64,000 bases of DNA from Felis catus (taxonomy: Eukaryota), in the NCBI RefSeq assembly GCF_018350175.1, contig NC_058373.1:101186001-101250000 (forward strand). Direction: 5' to 3'. The notes beneath the pieces were generated by a model. It was not told the DNA's origin. It did not search any database and saw only the letters and a list, made by a program, of their open reading frames with translations. Of this stretch, positions 25,111 to 38,138 are shown one piece after another. A program made the position numbers and the translations under genes. Numbering within the stretch: the stretch's first letter is position 1; every line of letters begins with the position of its first letter.

Positions 25111-27869
25111 CTCAGGAGAATGAATGAGGAACAAGGCCTTCATAGACCTGGAAGACACTGGAAACACTGGGCAGGAATTCTCTGCTTCTGGGGACCCAGA
25201 TTATGGAGGGATTGGGCATAGGCTCTGGGTGGATACTGCCTAGCCCCCTAAGATGTCTTGCCCCACTGGTTAGGTGGAAAGCAGAGAAGGGTCTTAACAG
25301 CATCCTCTAAAACAGGGGTTAACCAGCTGTCCTCCTCTAAGGGTAGTACTTACTGCTCCATGGCCAATGCCAGGCCAAATTTGTAGACTGCTCCTAAGTA
25401 ACACCTCATATCATTCTCAACCTTTCCATTGCCACTTGGGTCCCCAGGAACATGGGGTGGAGCTCTGGTGAAAGAGTAGAAAAAGGGTAGAGATTCCAGG
25501 GCACCAGTAACTCATTAACTCTCTACACTTTTCTATCAGCAAAGGAGAATAAATATTTGTTGATCATTCACTCAGTAACAGTCTGGACTTGGAAGGCAAA
25601 GAGAGTTACCTCCTTCTGGGGCCTGTGCTAGGACCAGAGCCGGTGCCTGCCAGGTGCCTTACATTTGGTGGGAAGTCCCAACCTATCCTAGGTCAGCAAC
25701 TTCCTGAACTTCCTGAACATGAACCCGCAGCCCACACAACACAAGCCAGGGGTCTCCGGGCTGGCCAAGCTAACATGAGCAAAAAAAGCAACAGGAGCAT
25801 TTTGCAAATTAAAAGCTTGAGATGAGTAATAACAGCAACGATTCTTATTATTAGCTGAATACGCTGTTTGGACTTTACCAAGAAAAATTACACCTCAAAG
25901 AAAAACAGAAAAGCACCTTCCGTCCTATCACGTGACTTCCTAAAACATAAAACTGCTGACCTCAAATATATATATAAGAAAATAAAATGAAAATACACTA
26001 ACTTCTTTCCAAGAGTTATTTGAGGTTCAAGGCACTAAAATCCAATTTTTCTGTGTTGATGAAATGGAATACTTTCTCCTATCATTCTTCCAGTTTGTAC
26101 TTCAGTAGGCAGATACAGTATCTTAACATTTTGAAGCTATGAGAAAATGTGTTGGCAATGACTCTTCCATGCAGATTATACCACAACATAAATCAGGGCT
26201 GATTAAACACACAAGAAACAGAGAAGGCGATACAAGTAATTTTACAATTTGCTATACACAGTAGTAAGAAAAACAGGAAGTAGGTGTTTATTAGCAGTTC
26301 CAAATATACCAGCCAAAATACAACTCCCCATGGAGTCAAAGTTATTCAAAATATAGCAAAGAACAGAATTCCTAAGATTATAAAAGGGTAATTAATCACA
26401 AGCAGTGTTCACAGACCAGTGATTTGGAAACTACCTTCTTATTGAAGATCTGGATCAAGAACAAACTTCAAAGCAAAATTAATTGATCTCAGATTCACTG
26501 CATCTGGTCAATAAACCCTCCCCAAAACTGTCACTTTAAGCCTACTCAAAAGTCTATCTTCTTTTGTTTAACAATTCTATATACAATGCATTAAATAGTC
26601 ATTTTTCACTTGGTTAGAATATTATTGCTTCCCCACGTAAGCTGCTTGTACTAAGAATGTCACCTCTTACTGACATTCTGTAAATTGCATTCAAAGTTCA
26701 GACGTGTTGTTTAGGCTTGTTTCATAGGAACACAGACTCCCCAGGAAACCAAATTCACAAACCAAAAGGACCCCCTTACTTGGACACCTAATGTGACCTT
26801 GTGGCTTTCAAAATCTTGTCTTTGAGTGAACTTTTAAAATCTATGTCCCAACGACTTCTAAATTAGGGCAAAGGACCCAATTTTAGTGATTATGATTCCA
26901 AAATGCATATTTAAAATCCATAAAATGCAAATATACTTTAATTTTTGCAAGAGAGTTTTAATAAGGGTTTTAAATGTAAATTCTGATCTGATTTGGGAAA
27001 CTAGATGATTAAAAGTCTTAGGAATTTCTGGAAATAATGGTTACTTTTGAGAATGATCATGAGCAAATCCTTTAACTATTCTATGACTCAGTTTCTCTCC
27101 TGTAAACCAAGGAAGTTTGATGCTTGGCTCAGCTACGTCAAAAACTCCTTTGTATGAACATTAATGACTTAAATATTTGTGAAGTGCTCTTAGATCCTCT
27201 CATGGGAGTCACTTTGAAAGTGCCAAGAATCAATAAATTAAAGGTTTGTCTCCATCATGGAAATATAAGAAATTAAGTAAGGGGTCCCATGTGTATATTA
27301 AGTTGGAAAGGTCTACATACATCTTAGTTTAAGTGCTCTTATAAGTTTATAGACTTACCAAGGAGGAGAAGAAAGTAGAGTTCTATGAAAACATTATATT
27401 GACTGAGAAATTAGCAATAAGCTAATTAGAGACAAATTAACTATTGTGCTATCTGAAGCTTCTTCCCTGATTTTTAAAGTCCAGTCTCATAGAAAGCCAG
27501 CCTAACTTATTATCACTTGGGCTTCACTGCTTTTGTGGTTGGCCAGTCATTATCAGCATGAGGGGGAGAAAAAAGATAAGGGGAAAGAGTTGAAAGGAAA
27601 AAGAGGGAGAAATGCAGGAATGAAGCAAAGAACATATTGGCATGACCCTCCCTCCTTGTCTCAGAAGGTCAACAGGCAATGTTTCAGGATGACAATATTT
27701 TCACACATGTTGTTTCCTTCTCCAGGGTAAAAAGAAGGGTAAACAGCTTCCCACGTGACTAAATTGTAGACAATGAAATATTACAGAAGCAAAGATTGCT
27801 ACTCCTAGGCTTGGCTATAAAATAGGCCAATCATTTCTCTCATTGCTTATCCCAGGAGAAGAGCTCAAG

Positions 27870-28070
27870 GCCACCTTGGGGGACAGCAGAGGCCCTAAAG
27901 GGAAGGATCTGGATCCCAGAATCTATGCTTGGAAGAGAGTCCCAAAAAAACCACCCTCTGAGAACCCAGTAGGCTTTGCCTATGTATAAAATAATCTTTT
28001 ATTGTGGTAAGCCATTGAGGTTTGGAGGCTTATTTGTTATAGCATCAGGTACCCTACCATATCTAATACA
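27870..28070 (+). mobile_element. MaLR MLT1 LTR 3' part
   Basis: TTTTATTGTGGTAAGCCATTGAGGTTTGG...TTTGTTATAGCA...CTAATACA terminus. Confidence 0.8.
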
Positions 28071-28353
28071 GACTAGTAAAGATAAATTCATTAAAATCCA
28101 TTCTCTCGGATCAATCAATTCTAGGCGCTGAGGCATCTGGACAAACTGGGGTGGGGGTAGGGAAAGGGTTTTCTTGTTCCCTCTCTTTTTGCTGGCAGGT
28201 CAAGCTTCCTGCTAACCGGTTCAACCAGTGGTTGTAGCCAGAGCTATAGCCTCCTGCTGGAATTTCTGAAGTAAAGAAGGTCACAGACGTTCTCTGCAGG
28301 TCACACCCTGGAAATTTGCTTTGTGCTGACTGGGGTAAAAAGTCCATTTTCTC

Positions 28354-28984
28354 AATCCAGTGAAGAAATGGGCAGAAAACATGAATAGACACTTCTCTAA
28401 AGAAGACATCCAGATGGCCAACAGGCACATGAAAAGATGCTTAACATCGCTCTTCATCAGGGAAATACAAATCAAAACCACACTCAGATATCACCTCACG
28501 CCAGTCAGAGTGGCCAAAATGAACAAATCAAGAGACTATAGATGCTGGAGAGGATGTGGAGAAACGGGAACCCCCTTGCACTGTTGGTGGGAATGCAAAC
28601 TGGTGCAGCTGCTCTGGAAAACAGTGTGGAGGTTCCTCAAAAAAATTAAAAATAGACCTACCCTACGACCCACCAGTAGCACTGCTAGGAATTTACCCAA
28701 GGGATACAGGAGTACTGATGCATAGGGGCACTTGTATCCCAATGTTTATAGCAGCACTCTCAACAACAGCCAAATTGTGGAAAAAGCCTAAATGTCCATC
28801 AACTGATGAATGGATAAAGAAATTGTGGTTTATATACACAATGGAGTACTACGTGGCAATGAGAAAGAATGAAATATGGCCCTTTGTAGCAACCTGGATG
28901 GAACTGGAGAGTGTGATGCTAAGTGAAATAAGCCATACAGAGAAAGACAGATACCATATGTTTTCATTCTTATGTGGATCCTGA
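28354..28984 (+). pseudogene. L1 ORF2p C-terminal Cys-rich/DUF1725 region, broken by one +1 frameshift in the A7 run at ~28639-28645
   Basis: ORFs 28360..28725 ([17 protein letters not shown]...[10 protein letters not shown]) and 28556..28984 (LKIDLPYDP...WIKKLWFIYTMEYY...LCGS*) join into a canonical ORF2 tail. Confidence 0.95.
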
Positions 28985-29211
28985 GAAACTTAACAGGAAC
29001 ACATGGGGAGGGGAAGGAAAAAAAAAAGAGGTTAGAGTGGAAGAGAGCCAAAGCATAAGAGACTGTTAAAAACTGAGAACAAACTGAGGGTAGATGGGGG
29101 GTGGGAGGGAGGGCTGGGTGGGTGATGGGCATTGAAGAGGGCATCTTTTGGGATGAGCACTGGGTGTTGTATGGAAACCAATTTGACAATAAATTTCATA
29201 TATTTAAAAAA
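28354..29211 (+). mobile_element. Young 5'-truncated felid L1 (ORF2 C-terminus, 3' UTR, poly-A)
   Basis: Exact 17-bp TSD AAAAAGTCCATTTTCTC at 28337-28353 and 29212-29228; AATAAA at 29188; G-rich 3' UTR. Confidence 0.98.
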
Positions 29212-29679
29212 AAAAAGTCCATTTTCTCTTATTCCCAGAAGGATATGAGGCCTCAGTTCTCTATCCCTCCCCAAAACTTATGATTAAATATATTTGGGTC
29301 AGGTACTGTTGTTTGTTGTGATCATTTGGAGAGCGAGGCCTAGGTGGTATCTCCATTGATCACCAGGTAGAAAGACCCACACAAAGGTTTTTTAAGCTTA
29401 TTGTGTTGATCCAGATATATTAAGTGCAAGCAGTAGCCCTGAGGAGAGTTTTGGCACCTTGGAGCTAACAAAAGGGCTCCAGGTACCTGCCCTGAGAAGA
29501 TAGCAGAGGCCAAAGAGAGTCCTGACAAGTTTGCCTAGAACCTCACAGTCTCTAGCACATATTCTAAGTGATATAAACCAAAAGAGTTCATAAATATGGA
29601 CTGAAAACAAATTTTTTCAAACTTATTGTTTCCATGGAGTTGTTTCTTCTGACAGGATCCCCTTTGTTTTTATCTCTGC

Positions 29680-30020
29680 TAGAACTATCAACTAGCAGAC
29701 ATGGGCTGCATCTGGCCAACAGATAGGTTTGTTTGGTCCTCACAGTGTTTTAAAAATAGTGATAGCAACATTTTTAAATCATATTTTTTAAAATAAGATT
29801 TCACACAAAAATCTAGATTTCAGGCTCCTCTTGAAAAGTCAGAAGATTGAGCAACATCGGACCCATGTTCCTCCCATAGCAAGAATCCATTAGAACTAAG
29901 CTGCTGGTACCATGGAGTGGGACCCGTGTTGCCTATGTGGTCCCTGGCTTGCATACTGCTCACCACACTGGCCATTCTGCTCTTTACATTTCCCACCTGC
30001 CTTGTAAGGCACTTGACCTA
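29680..30020 (+). mobile_element. hAT-Charlie MER102-like element
   Basis: TTTGTTTGGTCCTCACAGTGTTTTAAAAAT...CTCTTGAAAAGTCAGAAGAT..GCAACA. Confidence 0.7.
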
Positions 30021-33000
30021 CTCTTCTGACAATATTTTTATTAATTTATGCAACACACTTTTTTCATGGCTTGCTATGTCCTGGGCACTGTTTGTAGATG
30101 CATCTGGAAGAACCAGGACACGAGCAGGAAAGGACATTCTGCCATCATATGTGGCCTCTCGCCTCCCTTCTGCTGGGTGCAGACCAAGGAAAGGAGGAAA
30201 GCAGGAATTCCCTCATCATGGCACTAGGTAACTAAGATAAATAGGCTTATCATCACCAGTGGAGGAATCTTATCAAGGGAAGGAATACTGAACATGTGAC
30301 CTGAACTTGCCTTGCAAGATGAATGGGACTTCCCTTCTATGCTTTCTCTGTGGCTACCACAATTCCAAGTTACCTCAGCAGGTGGTTGTGTCAGGAGGAA
30401 ACTCCCGGAAGAATAGCAAACATCTGCAGACTGACCCAAGCTTTGGCTCTCTTACTGATCCCCACTCCACAGTGTCCGTTGAACAAATAATGTGTGATAG
30501 GACTTCTAAAGGTGGATTCATACATCTGGGCTGACCTGTCTGCTACTGATTAACACAGGATGTCTTTTTGATTTGTTCTTGGTTTTTGCCTTATGCTTTA
30601 TTTTCTTGAATTTTCTTCTCTTCCTCCTCTTTATTTTCTCCTCCTCCTCCTCTTCATTATTATTGTTAGGTGGTCTTCAGCTTTTGAATATAGCATTTCG
30701 CTCAAAGCATGAGTAGAATATTTGTTCATTGATAACTGTTTCAATGCTAAACATAGGTACTCCAGGAAGGCAGGAGGCGTGTCTGTCTGACTCCAGGCTG
30801 ACCCGTAACAGGTGCTAAATAGGTACCTGCTGTATAGATAAATAAAAAACATGAAGACCTTGTAGCACACTATCTTGAGAAGGTACACTTCTCATCAATA
30901 CTGGGGATGTGTAAGAACACTTCCTTTCCTCACCATAAATTCTAAAATATACAAACGTGGAAATTTCACCAATCCTAGGACACTTTCACAAAGCTCAACA
31001 TTTATGGTCTCTGCCCCTACTATTACCAAAATGTCAGGGTAAACTCACCTAGACTCTGTTGCTTTGTCTGAGCACTTACCAGGAGATAGAAATCACCTTG
31101 TGCAAGTGAGGACAGGCCTTCCCTCCCGACAACAACCTGGACATCCAAAATCCTTTTCCTGTTAACTTCATCAAAGAAAAAAAGGAATTTGTAGACTGGG
31201 TCTGTGTCTCTTACTCCCTTGGAGGAAATCGAACAATGTGCTCTCTCTACTCCCTCACTTCAAATTGTGTTTTTATTAAGTGCATACCTCCAAAGAAATA
31301 TTAAGACTCTGTTGCCTTTATTTCAGTGGTTTACATAATGTCAGGCTAGAGGCAACTGAGAGGAACTTGACCTCAGGCATCATGTGACAGATATTACTTT
31401 GGTTCAATTGTTGTCTGGGAGGGATTGGGGGTTGGGTGTGACATTATATTAGAGAAAACAATGGCCATTTGGTTTATATAGAGTCTTTCTTCCTGTGATT
31501 TCAAAGCAAATTTTAGGCCTAATACGCATGATATCAAAAAGGAACAAGCCAAGGATCTGGCAACTGCAGCTTGCAGGGTAACTCATTCATCCATCCTGCA
31601 AGCATGCACCATGCACCCACCACCTGGGTGGTGGTGGTGGTGGTCGGGACAGTCAGCCCCAGCCTTCTCAGAGCTTCCCGTTCTGGGTTCTTTCTGGTTA
31701 TGTTAACTTCCCTTACGTTGGGATTTTTCCCCAGACAAATATTATGCGTTGAGTACACATGAAACAGCCATTGACATTCTTCAGTCAAGCATTTCCGGCT
31801 TCCTCTTCAACGAGGTTTCTCAGAGAAGTCTGGGTCTCAATTCAATGAAGTCATAGTATTTTAGTCTTCTTTTTTTTCTTTTTAGTTAGTTTCCAAAAAA
31901 GAAAAAAATAAATAAATAAAAGAAGCTTCCAGGAGCAAAGAGTTGATTCATCAATAATACTGGGGATGAGAGGTGTTCACTGAGAGAGGGGTTAAATATT
32001 TCCAATGCCTTTTCCATCACAAGGCACCCAGCCAGGAACTGGGAGATTCATGCTTGGTAACACGGAAGCCCACTCTGAGTGGGACCTTCTGGAACTGCCC
32101 TGTGCCCAGAGCGATTACCTCACTTCCCTAGAATGTCTGTTCATTTTCTTTTCCCAGCATCCTTTGTATGTGAGCACCTTCCAGCCAAGTCAATTAAAAA
32201 AAAAAAAAAAAACTCATTTCCCATCTTTGAATGAATCCTGAGAACCATCCAATGCTAATGTTAAACACAGTGAAGCAGCAAATGTTTCAAGGGGGCAGAT
32301 TGGGAAACAAGGAAGGAAGGGTTATCCATTAAGAGTGGATTCAGAAGTGGGAGGGACATGGCTATTTGAGATGAAGCTCATTTACACGAAGCAAAACAAA
32401 AATCTGTTAAATGCATCTGGGAAGAAAATAAGATGCAAAAGGCAGAGAGCGACACACAGAACAACAAAAGGGGCCTTTGGGGAGTGTTTTAGCCTTTTCT
32501 GTTTGCTGGAAAGGGTGCAAAGATGTAAAAATGTAGAACTCAAAGACCCCAAGAATTTGCTACCTTTAAGTTCAAGGGATCATTCAGCCAATTTTGCAAA
32601 GATTGTCTATGGACTTATGCCTGTACTCCACAGGGAACAAAAATTTTAATCCTGCTATACGAACAAATTATATATTCGTTCAGTATTTTCCTCCTTGGAC
32701 GACGTGTGCACACCTCTCGTACTCTCAATTCCCCACCCCACCCCTCACCTCCATGTTTCTGTTTCTTTGGAATTCCACACCCAAATATTAAGAGTCTCAT
32801 CTTAAATCTCAGGTAGGAGCCTCCCCTCTGGTCTCTAAGTGGTCAGAGAGAATAACCATTTGGGAGACTGTAATCGCTTTTCAGTGTTTCTCCAAGTTTT
32901 TAACCTATTGTATTTGGAAACCAGGTAAAAGAAAACCATTTCTGATAGCTCATGAGATCCACAGACTTTTTTTTTCTTCACTCCTAAAGATTTTTTTAAC

Positions 33001-36000
33001 CTGTTTTACTCAAGGAAGAGTACTAAGAATCACAAAATCCCATCACTTCCTTAAATGCCAAAAATTCTTTTTCAATCCCCAGGCTTCATTGTGACATAAC
33101 CTATGTAAAAGGCAGGCAAGCCCAAGACATTCCAGAGGGAAAGTTAGCCCTGCACTTTTAATTATCTTCCGGTATTTCCTCTTTTCCTTAAAAGGCTTAA
33201 ATAAACTCACCGACGTTTAATATTTCTAGTCTTTCCCAAAATTATTGCTACAGCTTTTTTAAATTGGGTAAGACAATTTCTGTTCCCAGTTAACTAATGT
33301 TCTTCTCTGTGTCATCCAAATTCAACAAGGAATAAATAGCGTTGCTCTGAACAAAACCTTTTACAATGGATTGGATTTCATCTAAAAGCATGTAATTCTG
33401 CATAGCCAAAAGCAGTTTCTAATCTTTATATATAGGAACTTACAAGGCAAGGAATTCAAAGACATCGGATTAAGTGAAAAATGTGAACGAAGAGCTCCAA
33501 GCCTCTGCTCAGCTGACATAGAAAAGCCCTGTGATGTTTTCAGAGTTAATCATGGCTGTGGGTGGGAAAATTTGTGGAATATGCCTAAGAAGTCCTGGAG
33601 GTCATTATTTACTGAAATGCTACACTGAATGGTTATTTCTTTTTAAATACTAATAACCTAGAAAACCTGGTCTCATTCAGCAAGAGGGTCAGCACAGAGG
33701 CATCTGATTAGTGTCAAAAATGAGTGCCTCTCTTTAGTAAAGGAATTTCCTAAAGGAAACATAATTCACAATGACAAATGTCGGCATTTTTAGAATTACA
33801 AACATTACCTACAACTTGAATTCGGGTTATGAACCCACTGGACAAAGTTCAGTGCTTGCTTAGTAGCTAGTGGGTGAATCCCAGTTTAAAAAAAAATGTA
33901 AGTCTGTAGGTAAGTATGTCAATAAAGAGCAATATAATAAAGGCTCTGACGCTTGGAAGACTGACATGCTAGTCCTAATAAGAAGGCTGCTTCCTGACCA
34001 CAGTCTGTGGTTTGGTGTTGTCCACCATTATGTTTCTGAACTGGCTCCTTCACTAAAATTCTCAAGTTTAATGAAAACTGTTAGGAGAAATGTCTGTTAG
34101 AGAAACGTCTGATGTCAGCAAGTAAGATTTTTCCCATCCTAATTACTCATTTATTCAGCATGTGAAATCAATTTCTTGGCTGCTTTTATTTTGAGGAACA
34201 TAAAAGTGTCAGTGTCCATCTCAAAATGATAGATTGGCCATTAATATAGGCATATGGCTGAATCCGGATTACTGCTTAACATTTGCTGCTGAAACAAAGA
34301 TACAAAAGCCAAGAAAATATCCTTCAACTCCACACTTACATGTTTATAATTAAATTATTAGTAGGTCTTCTTGGAGAAAGAAACCCTTTGAAGTTCACCT
34401 CAAGCATCTTTAGAAGTATCTGAGTGTCAAAGCACTCTGTTTATGACATCCTCAATTTTAGCGGTATATTTTACACAAGTATCTCCAATGTAGAGGGTGT
34501 CTGTTAGCTTAAATACATTCTTCCGATACGGAGTACATTCCCTGAAACTGTAAATACAGTGAACTATATGATTCGGAAAATTGTATGTACCTTTTTTTTC
34601 CCTTAAAGCAAGAAAAATTTAAGTCGGGAAATACGAAGTATTATTTGCAAACAAAATAGTTACGACTGCTATTTTTATTATGCACTTGGCATTTCTAATT
34701 ATCATTTAGGCTAAAAAACACCTGACTATGATATATTTTGTGTTGGGTGTATTAATTATTTTTGTACTCACTGTAAAGCTTCAAAACTATTTTAATGTAA
34801 TTTTTGAGCCAGAAAAGGAATTTGGAATCCAAAAGATGGCTTTAAATTTTTATGTCTGCAGCCATGCAAAGGAGAATATTTTAATTCATAAAACGCAAGA
34901 AACTATTGTAAATGAAATGAGAAACAGATACATACTGTACATCAAACTTGTTCTCACAGGTGTGCTTTCTTAACGTTAAAATACCCGTGTGAATTTTTAG
35001 TTTCCCATAATGTAATGGGAGACAATAAATTCTGAAGTTACTCCATTTGCCTTCAGAAGAAGTAACCTCTTGTCTATTTAGATTTTCTGAGTATACCCAT
35101 GTCCTTCTGTGTGTCATACCAAAGCGAAGGTTTGTGTTGCAAGCCAGAGCTCACTGCAAGATCAAAGCTCTGGGCCACTCACAATAAAATAAGAGGGTAA
35201 AGCCCAAAGAATCAAAGAAACAAAGGAAACGTTTAGGAGATAAGGATCAGTCTCAGATATGACATTTCATCCAGATCAGATCCTGTGCAGAAGTTCAATT
35301 CAAAGTTCATAAGACAAAAATACAAAGCAATAAGCTTTAAGACTAGGTCGATTCTCTTTATCTGTGTGTCACTAGTTTTCCTATTTTTTAGAATCAGAGA
35401 ATGTCCTTTGCTGGATAATTGAACTCATCTAATCTTTAAAAATTCTATGTGCATTTAAGGTTGTGTGTGGATAGGCAAGGTTATCTTTTCACTGTAGTAC
35501 CTCCAACCTAAACTTTATATACAGGTATGATACAGCATTCCTATGAAAGGTAAAAAGCAAGAATTTAATTAGAATACCATTCTCTGGAATTAACCTATTG
35601 GGTTAATACTAATGGAAGCCTTTACAAAATGTTTAAATACCATTTTTCAAGATAATGCAAAAATGACACATAGGTATTTAAATAAAATTCAAATTTTCAT
35701 GGAAAATAAAAAACAGATAAATATGCTTGAGAGAGCCATTTCAAATACAGTATTATGTAAACTGATTAAATGGCTTACTGAATGTGCTACTCAAACACGA
35801 TCCGAAGCATATGTCAGTTCTGTTATAGAAGCTCAACATGTTTTTAGAACATATAATTTTGATTATTTTAGTGTATACATGTAAACAGTAGAAGTCATTT
35901 CACAAAATTTGGGAAGAGTTTTCTAAGGTATTTCATCTTTTTTTCAAGATTTAATATAGCTTTATGAAACAGATTACCTCAGTTATCATCTTATACAATC

Positions 36001-37890
36001 AAATCAATTTGCAAAGTCCAAAATGTTTCAAAAGATGCATTTAGATTCTTTTGAATGTATTTAAATAATGTTGAATTTCATAATTAAATTTCTTATTTAA
36101 AAATCTTGGGCTGATAATACAGTAACATTTATAAACATTCAGACACAATTGTCTAGTGAAATATACAATGTCTAATGATTACAGGTATGTAAATTGTTTT
36201 GCTCCCTGGTATTAGTACAGGATTTCCATACCCACTGATGTTAAAAAGAAAAAAAAAATCAAGGCATTCTTACCTAAAATCAACATATATTGGTCCCAAA
36301 ACCATAGGCATAAATTACATGTTCAGCTTGTGGCCTTAGAAATTCTGATACACATTTTACAAATTCCTCTTTGGTACCTCCGACATTTTATCAGTTTCAA
36401 CATGAAATCTTTTCTGTAAAAAGTTTGCCTCTGAATCACCAACTGGCAACAATCATCGCTATTGCTTCCTAAGTAGCCCAGACATGCCGTGCACTGTGAT
36501 GAACGCTTTGCACTGGTAAACTCTAGGCCAAAGCACAAACCTGAAGAGTGGTAGCATTGTACCCAGCCTACAGATGAGGTAAACGAAGCCCCTGAGAAGT
36601 TAGGGGATTTCTGAGAGTCACATACTGGTCACTGACAGAGCCCCAGCCTCTCTGATTCAAAAGTTGGTTCTACTTTTCTGTATCTTCATTACTCATTGGT
36701 AAAAGAGTCTGTGTCACTCTATGAGCATAAAGAATATAAGTGTTGCTCTCAAAATATTCTTGTTTCCTCTTAGACTCACAATAATTTTAAAAATAAAATA
36801 AAAAATAAAAAGAGCTACGGTGGAGAGTGGCAGTAAAGATAAGGGCCCGTGTTCAAATTTATGTCCAAAACATTTAGTGTAACTATTTGCAAGGCTATTT
36901 TATATGTAATTAGAAGGTTAACTAAACTCTCAGGAAGCCCATAACTGTATTAAGATAACCTCTTACAAAGTCTCCCCAAGTAAAACAGGCACATACAGAA
37001 AGTTGCCAAAAAAAAAAAAAAATACAAAAACCAAACAGAGTTCAAACACTTCATTTGATTAAAAGTTTTCTTAACTAACTGGAATGTTTCCTTCGATTTT
37101 CTCTTTGGATTCCGAAGCTATATTATGAAATTGCTTTTCAATTCCCCATACGGTGATTATTTAATCATGCCTTTACCAGCTGTGAACATAGCTTCTCTCC
37201 TGATAACAGTTTATTTTTAAAGGAAATTGTCTTTGAAGAAAATATTTTGATATTATGCAGCAAAATAAGAGTTCATTGGAAGAAATCAAAGGCAGGGCGG
37301 GGGGCGGGGGGGAGCCAAAACGAATATCACAGAAAGAATGAGTTCTAGTTGGTCTGTGGGGAAAAAAAGGGCCTAGTGGCTACATAAAGATAAAACAAAA
37401 CCAGCCACTCACATAGGAGGAAACAATTGGCTTGTTCCACATAAACAAAACTGACTGGCAGCCCCTTTTTCCCGTGTTCTACCCGGTGTTTTGATTTCCT
37501 CTGGACACAGTCAAATATCTAGACTCTCGGTATGTCTCTGTTTTTCAGCCGTTCTCTCTCGGACCCCAAACAGCACCTTGAGTATGTCAGGTGGTACACA
37601 TAAACTTCAAAGCTTACATATTGCTCAAAAACCTTCACTTTGAGTCATGTAAATAAGGGAGGGGCCTCAACCTTGGAGGGATGCAGGCAGAGAGAAGGTA
37701 TAGAGGGACCTCCTTGACAGCAAAAGTAGAGAGGAAAAAAAAAAAAGAAATTACAATTTACTTCTGTTCCTAGGTACGGACTCACTAGAGCATGAAGGTA
37801 GGGAGACAAGGTCACTAACCAACGAGAGGATGAGATCCCAATGTCAGACCCCAGTACGGAGGAAAGGAACTTTTTGCAAAGGCTACAATA

Positions 37891-38138
37891 CAGGAGCTCA
37901 ACCTCAGCACTGTTGATTGACATTTCGGACCAGATGAGGCTGTGTTGTGGAGGCTGTCCTGCACCTTATAGGGTATTCAGCAGGACCCTTGCCTGTACTC
38001 ACCAGATGTCACTGGCACCCCCACCCTCACCCCCCCCAACTCCCACGGTCGTGACAACTGAAACTCCAGATGGTGTCTCCAGACATGGTTAAATGTCACA
38101 TCTGGGAGCCAATTCACCCCAGCTAAGAACCACCACTG
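37891..38138 (+). mobile_element. MER20 (hAT-Charlie)
   Basis: CTCAACCTCAGCACT..TTGACATTT...TGTCTCCAGACAT...AGAACCACCACTG. Confidence 0.85.

Noticed and set aside
31617..31634. CCACCACC-TG-GGTGGTGG palindrome
   Set aside because: By-product of a short (GGT)n repeat
36274..36413. Minus-strand acceptor/donor pair (140 nt)
   Set aside because: Stops in all three frames
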